From Atractiella rhizophila (lineage: Eukaryota), in assembly GCA_021432655.1 (NCBI GenBank), contig MU271403.1:1-64000 (forward strand): DNA of 64,000 nucleotides, in the 5' to 3' direction. The notes below the pieces were generated by a model. That model did no database searches. It saw only the letters and a list, made by a program, of their open reading frames with translations, and was not told where the DNA came from. The position numbers and the translations under genes are program-made. Shown here one piece after another: positions 1 through 15,594 of the stretch (positions are counted from its first letter, which is position 1; the number at the start of each line of letters is the position of its first letter).

Positions 1-1301
1 GAGGTGGTGGAGCTGGAGCGGAGTTGAGAAAAGCAAGGAAAGAATTGGCAGGGTTTCGGCCTTCTTGGTCGCAAAGGAACTCGTGCTCACCTTGTGCTTA
101 TCACGCGAACGGACAATCGACAGTCGGTTTCTGTGGTCACCTCCTAGTTGCCCTAGTTGCCCTGAGGATTGAGAGGTCTATTAGATCTATGACAGTACGG
201 AAGAAGGAGTGTATCAGGCCTGAGCAACTCGCGAGAGCTTTCAGGTGGCGAAAGTGTTGGTTGGAAAGCGGGTTCTGAATTTATGGAAGCTTCAAGAAAA
301 GTGCCGCGGACAGCAGACAAACCGACCCGATCCGATCCTTGTGTCCTTTGCTCCTTGCTCCAAGAAAGAAGAAAGGTGTCTAAGCTGAGCTAGAAGGTCT
401 GAAAAGTTCTGTAACAAAGGGATCCCTGAATAGATGTATCGATTGACGACAGGTTTATACAGCAGCAGAATGACGACAGACACAAGCGATGGCTTTGTCT
501 TCCAGCACAGAGGAACGCTTCAATTTGGGGCAATGATGGGTTCTTCTTCATCCCAATCCCAACGTTCAGCGAGTATATTAGCTGGTGTTAGCACAGGGAA
601 CGAGGAACGGGACGGCCGACTTTGCATACAATATGTTCATTTGGACTCTTCTAGAAGAGGTGCATCGTTAACGGTGAGACGTGAGATGGTTGTTTGATTT
701 CAGAAACCGACAGACGGAGTAACAGTTGGTCTGCTTCTATCTCTCATATATGATGAGAGCCGCTGCTGCGCAGTTCCTTTGGAGTGATCGCAGGACAGAG
801 CTCACACCATGTCTTACTTTTGGTATCGCCCATGGTTCACTCTAGCAACATGCCATAAACTTGAACAGCGTATAAGGGAGCTCACAGTCTGGACATCTTG
901 CTGCAATAAATGTGATTCTGTTGGTCACTTCTCGTTAGCCTCTCCCTTAACTGAGCTTGCATTGTTGATCCTTCATTGGATGCTCCGCTCCTCGACTAGA
1001 TCAACTTCGCCAGCCAGAGCTTCCTCACCCTTCTATTCTCGTAAAGTAGCCTTATCCCTGGCCTTACCGCGCAAGAGGATATTCCACAACGCAAATTATT
1101 CGCAAAGAGGTCTTGCTGTCTTGCTGAGTCTTGATAAAGGAGTAATCGCATCCTGTGGCTGATTTTCGGGAAGAAGTCGTGAATGCGGCACGTGCGCCGT
1201 TTACAATAAAATTTGGCCACGCAGCGCGCCGTTCCCGGCTTTCTCCATTCTTCACGCTCAGCCTCACTTTCCTCATCCACAACACCACCCAGAACACCTC
1301 C

Positions 1302-2974
<1,673 letters not shown>

Positions 2975-3717
2975 ATCAATCCTTGTGTAGACCATCCTTC
3001 ACGGTATACGCGGATTTCAAAAGTAATAATATCGCTCTGATTTATCCCTTTCAAGCCCAAATCTGGTTCCCATCGCCCAGTGGATTTGAGAGATGTCACA
3101 GTGAGTGAAATCGAAAATGCATGTTGCAATTGCATCGACGAATTGGTTGGATAAAGTATAAATGCCGACCGTTTGATCAAAATGGGGGGACCGAAAGAGA
3201 AGTCTTCAAGTTAACCTTTTATCATCGTGAGAAGAGAACCGGAACGTAGGAAAGCTTATTGGGAAAGAACCATCAAGTAAACACTTGCACCAAATGAAGA
3301 GGAATCAAGATAAGATGCTGGGACGGGTAGAACGCTGGGTAGGGGATTCGTGAGATGTTAGCTTCCACTATTGTTAAGGGAAGGGGGGAAATAAAATGGG
3401 ATCAAGGTGTCTAGGAAATCTGGAGACTCAGGCATAAGATTTCAACCAGCAGCGGAGGGAGTCATGACTAGAACCAGTCAATATAATAAGGCCGAGATAA
3501 CAGGGAGACGAGATGGTCAGTATGAGGTAGATCAAGACCGACGAATTCAAAGGAAAGAAAGCAAGCAAAGGATGAGAGAGCCGAGTTTCGTTAGGCGGGT
3601 ATATAGGATCTCTTCAATCGTCGCGTTGCATAAAGTATCGTATCATCGCCATCGTAGATCTCACAAGTCAACACTACTTCTCAATTGTTGTCGACATCAT
3701 GCACAAAATGCAACCGT

Positions 3718-4674
<957 letters not shown>

Positions 4675-5314
4675 GATTGTTCCTCCTCAAATTTCACTAC
4701 GTATTGTAAATGTAAGTTATCACGAAACTGTTCGTGGCTGTCGTAAACGTGGTACCTGGATCGAACTGTGGCGGTCTGTCGATTGTTGGGGACGCTTTGA
4801 GCTGCTGGAGCAGGGAATTGGGATTGTTGCCGCACTGCAGGAAGAAGGCGATAGGAGCTCTTGGTCGTTGTGAGACAGTCGGTTCGTCAGTCAAACTTAG
4901 TGTGAACCCGCAATTGTTAAAGTGATACGATCACTTCTTTCTTGCATCTTGCCACAAATGGTTCAATGCACCTTCCATTGCTTCAGAACAAGGAACTGAG
5001 CATCCCCATGTGGAGTTGTGTTCATAGAATCAAAGCAATTGTTCGAGGAAGATGCTAGCTCAGCTCGCCTAAGCAACAAAGGCACAGGGCCCGATTTCCC
5101 TTCTAACTTTCATTACCCCTTCACTCTGCTTCTACTGCCCTTCCTCAACATCTCAAATTCAACTCCTTCAAATTTCGGAAACCGTCTGTGAGGCATGAGA
5201 TTGATGAACAACAGGTTATCCATTGATACTAGCATTTGGACGAGTCATTGGAACCTGTGCCGCATATCTCAGTCACACACAACGCACAAAGAAGAGGCTT
5301 ATTAGCCTTCTTCT

Positions 5315-6201
5315 CTATGCGGCATGCGAAGGGTCGACCTCGACCTTCGTTTTCCGTTTCCCTCTCGCCACCCACTCGTCCCATCTCATCGACATCGCTT
5401 CAATCCCGAGCTCCTTCCTCAACTCACCGAGATCTTGCTCCCACCGTTCCTCCCAGTATACACCCATTAAACTGCGTGCGTTTCCGCCGGCTCTTATGGC
5501 CCAGGGAACGTACGTCTTAAACAGACGTTCCCGTCGCTTCGCACTTTTGAGGCGGAGAGGCCCAAACACTCCAGCGAGGAGTGACATAGGTAGACCGAGG
5601 TTCGCGAACTCGAAATACTTGACCACGATTTCAGAGGAAAAGGAGGTGGGGAAAGGCCCAGAGATGAGGTGGTACATGTCGTGGCATTCGCGGTAGCGAA
5701 GGAGAACATAAGCCAGTTCTTCGTCGTCAATGTAGCGCACCTACATCCAGTTGCTCGTCAGCTCTGTTCAATGCATTCTTCTTCACAAATGCAGTCCTTT
5801 GCCACTATACTACATTAAGAGGAAATTCTTACAGGGTCCCTGGTATCCGGGCTGACGCCGTTCACTTCCAACCAATTGGCATACTCCCTTCCCAGTGTCC
5901 CCTCCTTCATCCCCTTCATTTTGTTCAAATTTAGCGTGTCCGTGCGAATAATCGGTCTATCCCTAAGTATCCTCCTGCCCTCGGCATGGCTCTTCATCTC
6001 GTCCCTGAACCGATGAAGGAGGTATCCTGAAGAGGTCTCTGAGAGGACAGCGATCATGTCGTGTCGTTCTGGATTTAGGAGGGAGGCCAACCCGGAGCCT
6101 GCAGCAAGAATGAAGCGTGGGATACCTGATACGCGAACATGACCTGGATATAAGGGCGCTTCACCAGCCAAAGAGCGAAATAGAGGCCTTGAAGCTTTCA
6201 T
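5315..6201 (-). CDS. COQ4: Ubiquinone biosynthesis protein Coq4 (2 exons)
   Basis: GRRILRDRP, GTLGREY, VSPDTRDP/VRYIDDEELAYVLLRYRECHDMYH (HDxxH metal motif), EIVVKYFEFANLGLPM and VYWEERWEQD. Confidence 0.95.
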
Positions 6202-6296
6202 TGCATAAAGTCAGGTGATTTTATATTCATCACAACGCATCATCACTTCCCCACCGTCCACTCAAAAAACGGCCAGCAAGTAGTCAACTCTTCAGC

Positions 6297-9200
6297 ATGG
6301 CCATTCCAGCGTGAGTTTCAATTTGTGCTAGAAGGAGGGGGCTAACGTGATACTTGGCTAGACTCTTCCGCTGGCTATCTCGCAAGTATCCGAAAATTGT
6401 CCAACCAGTTGTTGAGCAAGGTGGCACCGTCCCCGACACGAACGGAAACGAGGATGGAGAGCCAGAACCACCTTCAGTGGATATGAGCCAGCCCAACCCT
6501 AATGGATTCGAAATTGACAATCTTTACTTGGACATGAACGCCATTGTACATCCATGCACGCATCCAGAGGGGAAAGTGAGTGTCCCTCCATCCTCTACAC
6601 ATACACATACAATTTCAAACGCTAACTTTTACTCGCTTGTGTCACAGCCGGCACCTGAGACGGAAGAAGAAATGATGATTGAAGTCTTCAAGTACACCGA
6701 ACGTGTTGTCAATGCCATCCGGCCCAGGAAGCTCCTCATGATAGCTATCGACGGCGTGGCACCAAGGGCGAAGATGAACCAACAGCGTGCGAGGAGATTT
6801 CGGGCCGCTCAAGATGCGAGGCAGAAGAAGAAGGATAGGGAGGAGGCTATCTTGGAGTTCGAATGTTAGCTTTCTCGTCACCTCTTTGCTTTTCAAGATC
6901 GTTATTAACTACTTTGTCTTAAACAGCGAGAGGCGTGCAGGTCTCAGAAGAGTTCAAGAACGAAAAACATTGGGATCATAATGCTATTACTCCTGGAACT
7001 CCTTTCATGGTCCTTCTGGCCAAATCACTTCGGTTTTGGATTGCACACAAGCTGAACTATGACAAGGGTTGGGCAAATGTGCGCCTTTCCTTCTTCCTTT
7101 TTGCCTTGGACACTGTTGTTGACTTTGTGGTGGATAACGAACAGCTCAAAATCATTTTATCTGATGCTTCAGTTCCTGGAGAAGGAGAGCATAAGATCAT
7201 GGAATTCATCCGCCGTTCCCGAACTCAGCCTGGTTACGACCCAAACACTGAGCACGTCATCTATGGCTTGGATGCCGATTTGATCATGTTGACATTGGCG
7301 ACACACGAGCCACACTTTCGAGTATTGAGAGAGGACGTCTTCAATCAGTCCGAAAAAGCTGGAAAGACAGGTTGCTTTAAATGCGGCCAACAGGGCCACA
7401 ACGCCGCTAACTGTCACAATCCCACCGTCCCAAAGTCGGACGAACCTAAACCCGAAACCCCCTTCGTATTCCTTGACGTTTCTGTCTTGAGAGAGTATCT
7501 GGAAATCGAACTTAATGTCCCTAATCAGCCTTTCCCGTGGGATCTCGAGCGGGCAATAGACGACTGGGTCGTAATGTGTTTCTTTGTGGGAAATGACTTT
7601 TTACCCCATCTCCCATCCCTCGATATCAAGGAGAACGCCATTGACATGCTTCTCTCAATTTGGCGCCAAACCATTCCTTCCATGAACGACTACCTCACAA
7701 ACCATGGTTCCTTGAACCTGGCCAGTTTACAACTCATCCTCACTGGGCTGGCCGGAAGGGAGGATGAAATCTTTAGAAAACGCCAGGAGGCGGAGCAGAG
7801 GCAGGATGCCGCAAGAAAGAGGAGGAAGATACAGGAAGACAGGGAAGAGGAACTCCGAAAACAACTCCTTGAAGGCAAACGCGCTCAGACTGATCTCGTC
7901 GAAGTTTCCGCAACTTCTTCCATTCCCCCTGCCGCTCCTGGACTCCCGTCTCGACCAGCTTGGATACCTCGTGAGGACACTAGTGCGAATCCCTCGGCGG
8001 CCGCTCCGAAAGGCAAGCAGAATCCGCTCGCAGTGCCTCCCTCCTTCGATGGGATGTCGAATAAGGAGATGGCCCAAAATCGAATAGCAATCCGAAAAGC
8101 CAATCTGGATGCTGCCAAAGCCCTGCGTGAAAGTCTAGGCGCGCCTAAATCGGCTCCTCCAGCCGTCCCTTCCCAACCACCTGCAGCGGAACCGGTGCCA
8201 GTGCCAGTGGAGCCGGAGCAAGCAAACCTCACGAAAGAGTTTACGGAAGAAGAAGGGATGTCTGTTGTAGTGGGAACCAAGAGGAAAGCAGAGGATGCTG
8301 AACTGCCAGTCGACGAAGAAGAGAACGAAAACGCCGACTTGACGATGGACACCGAAGAGCCTTTCGTCCCTCCCCCCATCAAGATAATGGGTGGTCAACT
8401 GGTAGAGCAAGAGGACACCGTTAAGTATGTCTCGTCCTTTGCGTTAGCACTGCTTGTTTACTGTTTCGGAAAGGCTCTGGGAACCAGGTTACAAGGAGCG
8501 CTACTACCGGCAGAAGTTTGGGGTGGAGCTGAGCGATGATGAGTTCAGACGAGAGTATGTTCGATCCAATTTTGACCCATTTAGGTGCTTAATGATGTTT
8601 AGGATTGTCGGAAAGTACGTCGAAGGTATGATGTGGGTATTGCTGTATTATTATCAAGGATGTCCATCTTGGCATGTGAGTCTTTCTTTACATCGTCCTC
8701 TTACAGATCGCTTAGGTTCGTGTCAGTGGTTCTATCCATACCATTTCTCGCCATTCGCCTCTGATTTTCTCGATATTACCCAATACAACGTTAGTTTCGA
8801 GATTGGCGAACCGGCTAGCCCCTTCGAACAATTAATGAGTGTGTTCCCAGCAGACAGGTTAGTCCCGATCCTTATCTCAACTCAATCTGACTGACGCTTC
8901 ACATTGCAGTGCTATTCACATCCCAGAAGTTTTCCACGACCTCATGAAGAACGAGGACTCAGAAGTCATCGATTTTTATCCTGAAGACTTCCCAATCGAT
9001 ATGAACGGCAAGAAGATGTTGTGGCAAGGGGTTGCTCTGCTTCCATTTATCGACCGGCCGCGATTGATGAAGGCCATCACGCCGAGGTATGAGAAGCTTT
9101 CGCCAGAGGAAGTCGATCGGAACGCATTGGGCAAAATTCTGCTGTTCATGTCGGATGAGAATGCACTGTATGACCAGCTGTGTAACAAGCTCTACTCTAA

Positions 9201-10219
9201 AAAGAGAATGGACGAGGTGAGCTTCCCTTCTTCTCGGGGAAGCATGTTGATCAGATCCCCAGCCATTGTATCTCGAAGCCGACACCGGGGTATCAGGTTA
9301 CGTAGTAAAAGACCCCCTCTGCGTGCCTGGAACCACATTTATCTCTCCATTACCCGATAATGGGATGCCAGATATCGAGTTCGATCGTGCTCTCTGGGTC
9401 GATTATCAGTTCCCCCATCAGAACTATGAACATCGCAGTCATCTCCTGCCGGGGGTGAGGATGAACCCAAAAATTCTTACTCCGTATGATCGGGAAAAAA
9501 TCAGGAATCACCAAGGATTTGGTGGAGGAGGACGAAGAGATGGGCCAGGTTTCGGAGGACGAAACGATGGACCTGGCTTTGGAGGACGCAACGATGGACC
9601 CGGTTGGCGTGGTAGAAACGATGGGTATGGAAGAGCTTCTTCTGGACGAGGACGATACAGTGGGAACCTTGACGGACCTCGTTCGTACGATGATCGCGCT
9701 CCTCAACATACTCGCTTCAATGAGGGGTATGGACGAGATAACGGCTGGGGACAAAATGGTCCAGGAGATGACTCGTATTCCTCCCATTCACGACCCTCTT
9801 CGTATCCCGATCGCCCGTCTTACCCTCAATCTTCTTACAGCGACAATCGCCAATATCATCCCCCGAACCCTCCCGCCCGAGACTACTACAATAATCAGCC
9901 GTCATATCCAGCGAACAATTCTTATTCTCAAGATCCATATCAAGGTTACGATTACCGGGGACCATCGCAAGCTCGCAGTAATGGGTACGGGGCCTACGAG
10001 GATCGAGGATATCCTGCCCAAGACCGGGGCGATTATGGCCGTCCGTCGCACAACAATCAAGGATACGATAACGGAGGATACGATAATTATGGATATGGTC
10101 AAGAAAGGTACTCTTCTCGCGATGATTACCGAGGAGCAGGAGGAGGGAGATATCCACAAGATAACTATCGAGGGAGAGGTGGAGGTCCAAGGCAGACTCG
10201 ACGAGGCACGCGATATTGA
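6297..10219 (+). CDS. RAT1: 5'-3' exoribonuclease Xrn2/Rat1 with CCHC knuckle and long RG/Y-rich C-terminal tail
   Basis: [96 protein letters not shown], and [15 protein letters not shown]. The zinc knuckle [14 protein letters not shown] is typical of Xrn2. Confidence 0.96.
9527..9607 (+). repeat. Three imperfect 27-nt tandem coding repeats (GGRxDGPGF/W)
   Basis: ggaggacgaagagatgggccaggtttc / ggaggacgaaacgatggacctggcttt / ggaggacgcaacgatggacccggttgg, inside the Xrn2 tail. Confidence 0.85.
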
Positions 10220-10587
10220 TTCTACGCCACAGTCTTACGATATTTATGGACGAATTATGGAAGTTTGCTTTGCAACTTGTCATTCAACATTCGCAGAATT
10301 TCATCGAATACTCATAGACCTTGTGCTAATAACGCCGTTTTCCAATGATATACAAATCTGTGCCGTTGGTTTTGCACCTGACGACTTACAGATCGTTTAT
10401 ATTTCCTTGTCGCCCGTCGCCGTGCAGGTCCGTGCAGGTACAAAATGACCATCACCGCCAATCTCAGGAGGTGAAAGGAAAATCAGGTGACTCCTGGTTG
10501 CGCAGCCCCCTTGCCGCTGCGGATGGAAACAAAAAGATTGCATTTGAGATTGTGAACCACGACTCCATCAGCCACCTCCGTTTCTTC

Positions 10588-10863
10588 ATGCCGATAGCGT
10601 CCAGCTACATAGAAACGACCACCGCAGCACCAGCAAATCCTGATATACCTAGCTCTCAACAGGAGCGGGAAGAGAACGCGGAGGAGTTGAGACGGCAGGA
10701 TCTCGAGGCGAGAATGTCAATTGGGCAGGATGAAATCTTGAAGGCTGGGTGAGCTATCCCTTTGGTTGATATTTGCGATGGTTTCCTGTGTTTCTGCGAG
10801 TTTTTCTTTGACAGTCTCGATATTGCTCGGGTCAATGCTGGCAATAGGGATGCCGAAATTTGA
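10588..10863 (+). CDS. Possible small two-exon hypothetical protein (~70 aa)
   Basis: ATG at 10588 opens a charged helical ORF (QQEREENAEELRRQDLEARM). A canonical GTGAGC...TTGACAG intron splices in frame to LDIARVNAGNRDAEI-stop. No family recognised. Confidence 0.4.
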
Positions 10864-11938
10864 CCGCGTATCAGTTTCCATTGGTTGGATGGTGTCTGCT
10901 GGCTGCTCCAGGAGCCAATGATCGATGTTTGCAACTTGCAACTCTTCCCTTTGAACCTTTTCGAACAGCTTATCAGTGTCTCTGCGATGTCAACTGATAT
11001 CGACGCTCTGAGTTTGTTGAGCTTTATCCAAGGGTTTTTTTTTTGAATGAGCGATACGATAACCCCCGAAGAACCCACATCGGTCTAGCATACAGATGGC
11101 ATTCAAGGACAGAGAGCTCACGAGCTCACGTAAGGGTTCTTTGGAGATCTGACCAGTTTATTGACGGAAGCGCACTTGACTGTTTAACGTGTTCACGGTG
11201 TCGAGTTCTTAGATGACAAGTAGTTGCGTCTTCCAAACTTAGTTAGGTGCATCGAAGACGTCGTTTCGAGGTACTGTATACTGAATGGGAATGGTCACTG
11301 CAAGGAATCAGAACGGTGTTGTCCTGCCCAGCGGCGTTGTAATACTCCTTACTGAACACCCTAGTCCTGGGCTAATCCCGTCCAGCATGCTGCTTCTGCG
11401 TTTTGCGTTTTTCTTGCTCCGATTTGACGCTAAGGGGTTTTACTTCAATGAGTAACCAAAACACCATTTGTACTCTGTACGCCATGGCCTAGATGAGCCT
11501 CTTTCTCCTTACATGTATCTCGATCATTTCGATGCCTCATGCAAACCATCAAGGTTTGAAAGGCACTAAAAAGTTGGCTTTTATTAGGCGGACTTGCGGC
11601 GTGAAGCTTGTGAACCTAGCTGTTCAGGAATGTGTTCACCTGAATGTGCCAAACACGCTGAGAAAATTACAAGGTCTTCGGGGCAGCTAGCAGGTTGTCT
11701 CTTGAGTCACATCAAGAAGCCATCAGCATATCTCCTGAGCGAATCCCTCAATTACGCACAGCGTGTTGGGGATGGCGATAAGAGCGGAGGAAGAGGAGAA
11801 CCTCGAAATATCATCTTTCCCATCGATCTGACGGGGTCTGTCAGGTTAGTTTATCAATGTCGATAGGAGACTTTTTTGTCTGGTCTGTGTTCCTAGTACC
11901 CTATGAGCGTATAAGAAGAAGTGTTCTGATTCCCCTGA

Positions 11939-13997
11939 ATGCTTGCTGCAATGCCTTTGATACCTGTTGCTCACCCTGGCCATCGTTACAGAACATCGCA
12001 TCGCGTGCGACCCCATCCTGGGGTTGACCATCAGTTCTTACAATTCCCTCATCACGCCGCCCTCGCCACTTTGGAAGATGTGCCTATCGAGAAACCTGCG
12101 GTTCTTAACATCTCACCGCCCCTCTCAGCTTCAATATCTTCCTCTGCCAGGCCTTCCAAGATCTTCCCTCCAGGTATGACACCAACATGCTCGAACTGCC
12201 AGACTCAGGTCAGTTTGCTGCCTTTGTGCTCTACCATAGTCGCTAACCTTTGTCCTCCCAAGACTACTCCGTTATGGCGTCGATCTCCCATTACGTCGGA
12301 GATCTTATGCAACGCCTGCGCCTTGTTTCTGAAGATGAAAGGCCGTAATCGGCCTATCTCTCTCAAAACCGATGTGATTAAGCCGAGGAACAGGAGTAAA
12401 GGTGAGAAATCGAGGAAGGGAGTTGGGGAATCTCCGAATCGAAGAAGGTCGAAACCAACCGCATCTGCACCAAGAAGTAGGGAAGCGAGCACTACAAGGG
12501 GCGAGAAAAGGGGTGGAGAGAGCAGTTTGATACTAGAAGAAGAGGAATTGCGGAAAGCCCGTCGTATTGAGAGGTCATCGATGAAGTCACAACTGTAAGC
12601 TCCTCGACATTGAGGGGCATATTAGTAATGTTGCAAGCAGGGAGGTACCAACGTCTGGGCGAAGAGTCAGTGGGGATTGGCCAGCCGGCAGCCTTTTAAA
12701 GTCGGGACGCTTTACCTCTCTTGACGATTTCTCTTCCAGACCGTCCACCGCTGGGACAGGATCAGTATCTAACGATCCTGCATCGTCCCTCTTCGACCGA
12801 CGATTCCATTCCCATAACTCCTCCCTGGACAACTCTCCGGCGCTCCGCTCCAACGTTTCTGTAGACGAATACGGCCGTATCATTCTTCCACCGCTACTGT
12901 CAACAAGGACACCATCGCTTGATACGGCTGTTCCTCAAATTCCCCGACATCAGGACACAGATGGCGACGTGGATATGGAACTGGATGAGCGTGAACGCGG
13001 ACGGCAAAGGGGTCGTCAGGTCATTTTACCTTCGATTCATGCCCTCGATGCTTCTGTGCGCACTGACTTCTCCATTCCCCCGACGACACGATCAGGCTTC
13101 AGCACCAATCCTTCACATTACACCGTCAGGTCCGCAAATTCATTGCCGCCTCGACGAGGCTTCGTCATGTCAAGCTCTAGGGATTCGCCAGTCTCAGCCT
13201 CATTTACATTTAGTCAACCACCTTCTGTTCACTTTCCGTCCGAGCAGTCTTCGCCTGTCAACCATCACTCCCCAGAAGAGTCAACGTCACACCATCAGTC
13301 GCCAGATGAATCAGCATCATATCTTCATTCACCAGAAGAGGCCTCGTCTCCATCGTCATCTGGCCATGGTCCGTCCCATCCCCGGACCTGGGGAGATAGC
13401 GGCAAGCTACGGCCGGTAATCGAATCCACTCGATCCAGTCAGGATGCTGATAGAGGGAGAAGTCATACCCGGAAAGGAAGATCGAAGATTGGCAGTGGAG
13501 ACCCCCAACCTGGTCAAGAGGAAATGGACCTCGATATTCGACGACTTGAGTTGAAAGAAGAGGAAGATGAAGGTATCGGACGTAGCGTTTCTTCTACCCG
13601 TCTTCCCACATCTCTCGTGATGGCCAACGTGGATGCCACTCCAATCATCCCCCCGAATCCCCTCGCCGACGATGTCAAATCTCTTCGGCTCAAAGTGCAA
13701 GAGCTGGAAATTCTAAACATGCGGCTGCAGAACACCGTCGAGCTCCTACACCAGCACGTTCTTCAGTCTCAGCAGTCACCGCGTCCCTCTCCCCCTCTCT
13801 CCGCGCCTGCACCTACGCTGGCCAGAACAACTCAAGATGAAACCAACGGCTTTATCCGAGATCTACAAAGTCACGGATTACTCCAAACCGACAAACCAGT
13901 CGATGCCACATATCTTGTCATGCTGGACCTGCTCAAGCGCAAATACAACTATAAACCTGGAGACCTCCACACCTCTAACTTAAGCTCCAACCGTTGA
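11939..13997 (+). CDS. GATA zinc-finger transcription factor, AreB/ASD4/Dal80-like, with C-terminal leucine zipper
   Basis: CSNCQTQ/TTPLWRR...[30 protein letters not shown]. An intron at ~12595-12650 joins in frame to the 12969-13997 ORF, which has heptad Leu repeats ([25 protein letters not shown]). Start codon uncertain. Confidence 0.85.
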
Positions 13998-14347
13998 ATC
14001 GAACCCACTCATCAATGGACCCTGCATATCTGTGTCAGATTGTCACTTCCGTACCCGACCCTGTTTGTCGTTTCGTTCATAGAATTTCTCGGAAGCTACC
14101 TCACCTAGATGATGCTATTTCTTGGCTTGCTTTATTATGCTTTCAAAGATTTGGGCTTCCGTAAATCTGATTGGTGTTGTATCTCAGAATCCACTCAAAG
14201 CATCCCTCAATCTACCCCTAAAAAGTACGATACGCAGGAAAGCTAATACAGAATCCATAGAGAATGAATAACTATTATTACAACATCTCTTATAATCTAT
14301 TGACAAAGAAGCCGAATCAAGGCTGCATCCCTGAATCGAAGAACTAA

Positions 14348-15594
14348 CTACAGCTGGTTGCGCTTGCGAGCGGTACGCTGATATGGACGAAGAACCCATT
14401 CCACATCAGCCTCGGTCTGCTCAATCGTCCCTTGTCGAATCTCATAGGCTATATCCCCAAAGCACATCAGCTCCTCATGCTTGCGGAGAGGAAAGAAAAA
14501 GACGGACGCCGCATCTCAAACCTCGGCCCAACTTCAGCGAGCTCCACGCTTTTGTAAGTCGGCTTCACAAAGACGTGATGTCGAAACGAGATGAAGTCGC
14601 CCTCGTTGGCGAACGTCATTGTCCGTTTGCTATCTTCTTTCGGTACCGGCCAGAGGAACTTGAGGATGTCCTTGACGCGTTCTCCGAGCTTCGAGAAGCC
14701 ATCGAAGATGAGGTGTGGGTATTGTTCGGATACAGTCGATTCTCGGAAGTTGGGCAGGTCGTGTCGTAATTGGACAGAGTGGAGTGTCAAGAGGAGCGTA
14801 GGACCGTAAGGGAAGTGGGAGATGACCATTGCGTCTGTTCGCGGCCAACTTGATCAATAAAGACGATTCTGAAAAGAGCAGGACGAGAACTCACCTGGAA
14901 CACCACGATGTTCATGAAGTATAATCAAATCCGTGATTCCATTTGCCCGACAAGCATCTGTTAGTTCTTTCATGACATAATTTCCACGATTGATGCGGTG
15001 TGAATTCGGTAAGAGGAGCCGAACTTCTTTGGCGAACTGGAGGAGTTTAGAGGAAGGATTGCGGGACGTGGTAATGAGGATCTTGGGGTCTGAGATTCCG
15101 GCTTGGGCATATTCGTCGTCAATATGAGTGAGTGGAGCTAAAGAACGGCAAGTCAGCTACTGTTTTTCTTGTGTATATCCCACGAAAGAAAGGCGCATTT
15201 GGTCAGAAAGATTACGGCCAAATATAATCATTGTCGCAAACGACTAAGAGCTTGACTCTAGTAATTTGTTTGGCCAATCTATCATCATTCCATTTTTTAT
15301 AGTCTTCCCCTCCATGCATTTAGCTTTCCCCAAGCTCAACACACTGCAGAGGGAGGCGCAATTGTCCAATTCTTCCACACAATACAAATTGCTAAACACA
15401 GGACACCTTTATCATGTCTGAAAAAACTACGACGCACCGTCCTCTTCCTTCTCCTTCCCCTTGCCCTTCCCGAGCGTTCCTTTAGCCAAAGCATCTTTCG
15501 TAGCCTGCTTTCGCTTCCATGTTTGAAGTTCCTGCTGCTCCTGGTTCTTGTTGTGTAGGTATTCCAACCGCTGGCGGGTTAGACGGCGCAACAT
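14348..15594 (-). CDS. IMP4: U3 snoRNP Brix-domain protein Imp4
   Basis: [13 protein letters not shown]..., [76 protein letters not shown] and EWVLRPY. Intron 1 is 15138-15437 (300 nt). Confidence 0.95.
15199..15292 (-). ncRNA. Intronic box C/D snoRNA, snR66-like (guide to LSU rRNA GAGCUUGACUCUAGU region)
   Basis: On the minus strand: TGG/CCA terminal stem, box C ATGATGA (15282-15288), and the 15-nt antisense element ACTAGAGTCAAGCTC (15248-15262) complementary to conserved 25S rRNA, running into a D'-like CTTA. Also C'-like ATGATTA, box D CTGA (15203-15206) and an internal stem GATTGGCCAAA/TTTGGCC..AATC. Confidence 0.88.

Noticed and set aside
1..1160. Short ORFs upstream of the aminotransferase
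   Set aside because: No coherent gene model or recognisable motif; may belong to a gene extending beyond the window.
9486..10448. 320-aa alternative-frame ORF overlapping the XRN2 tail
   Set aside because: Explained by the low-complexity codon usage of the real frame; no recognisable domain.
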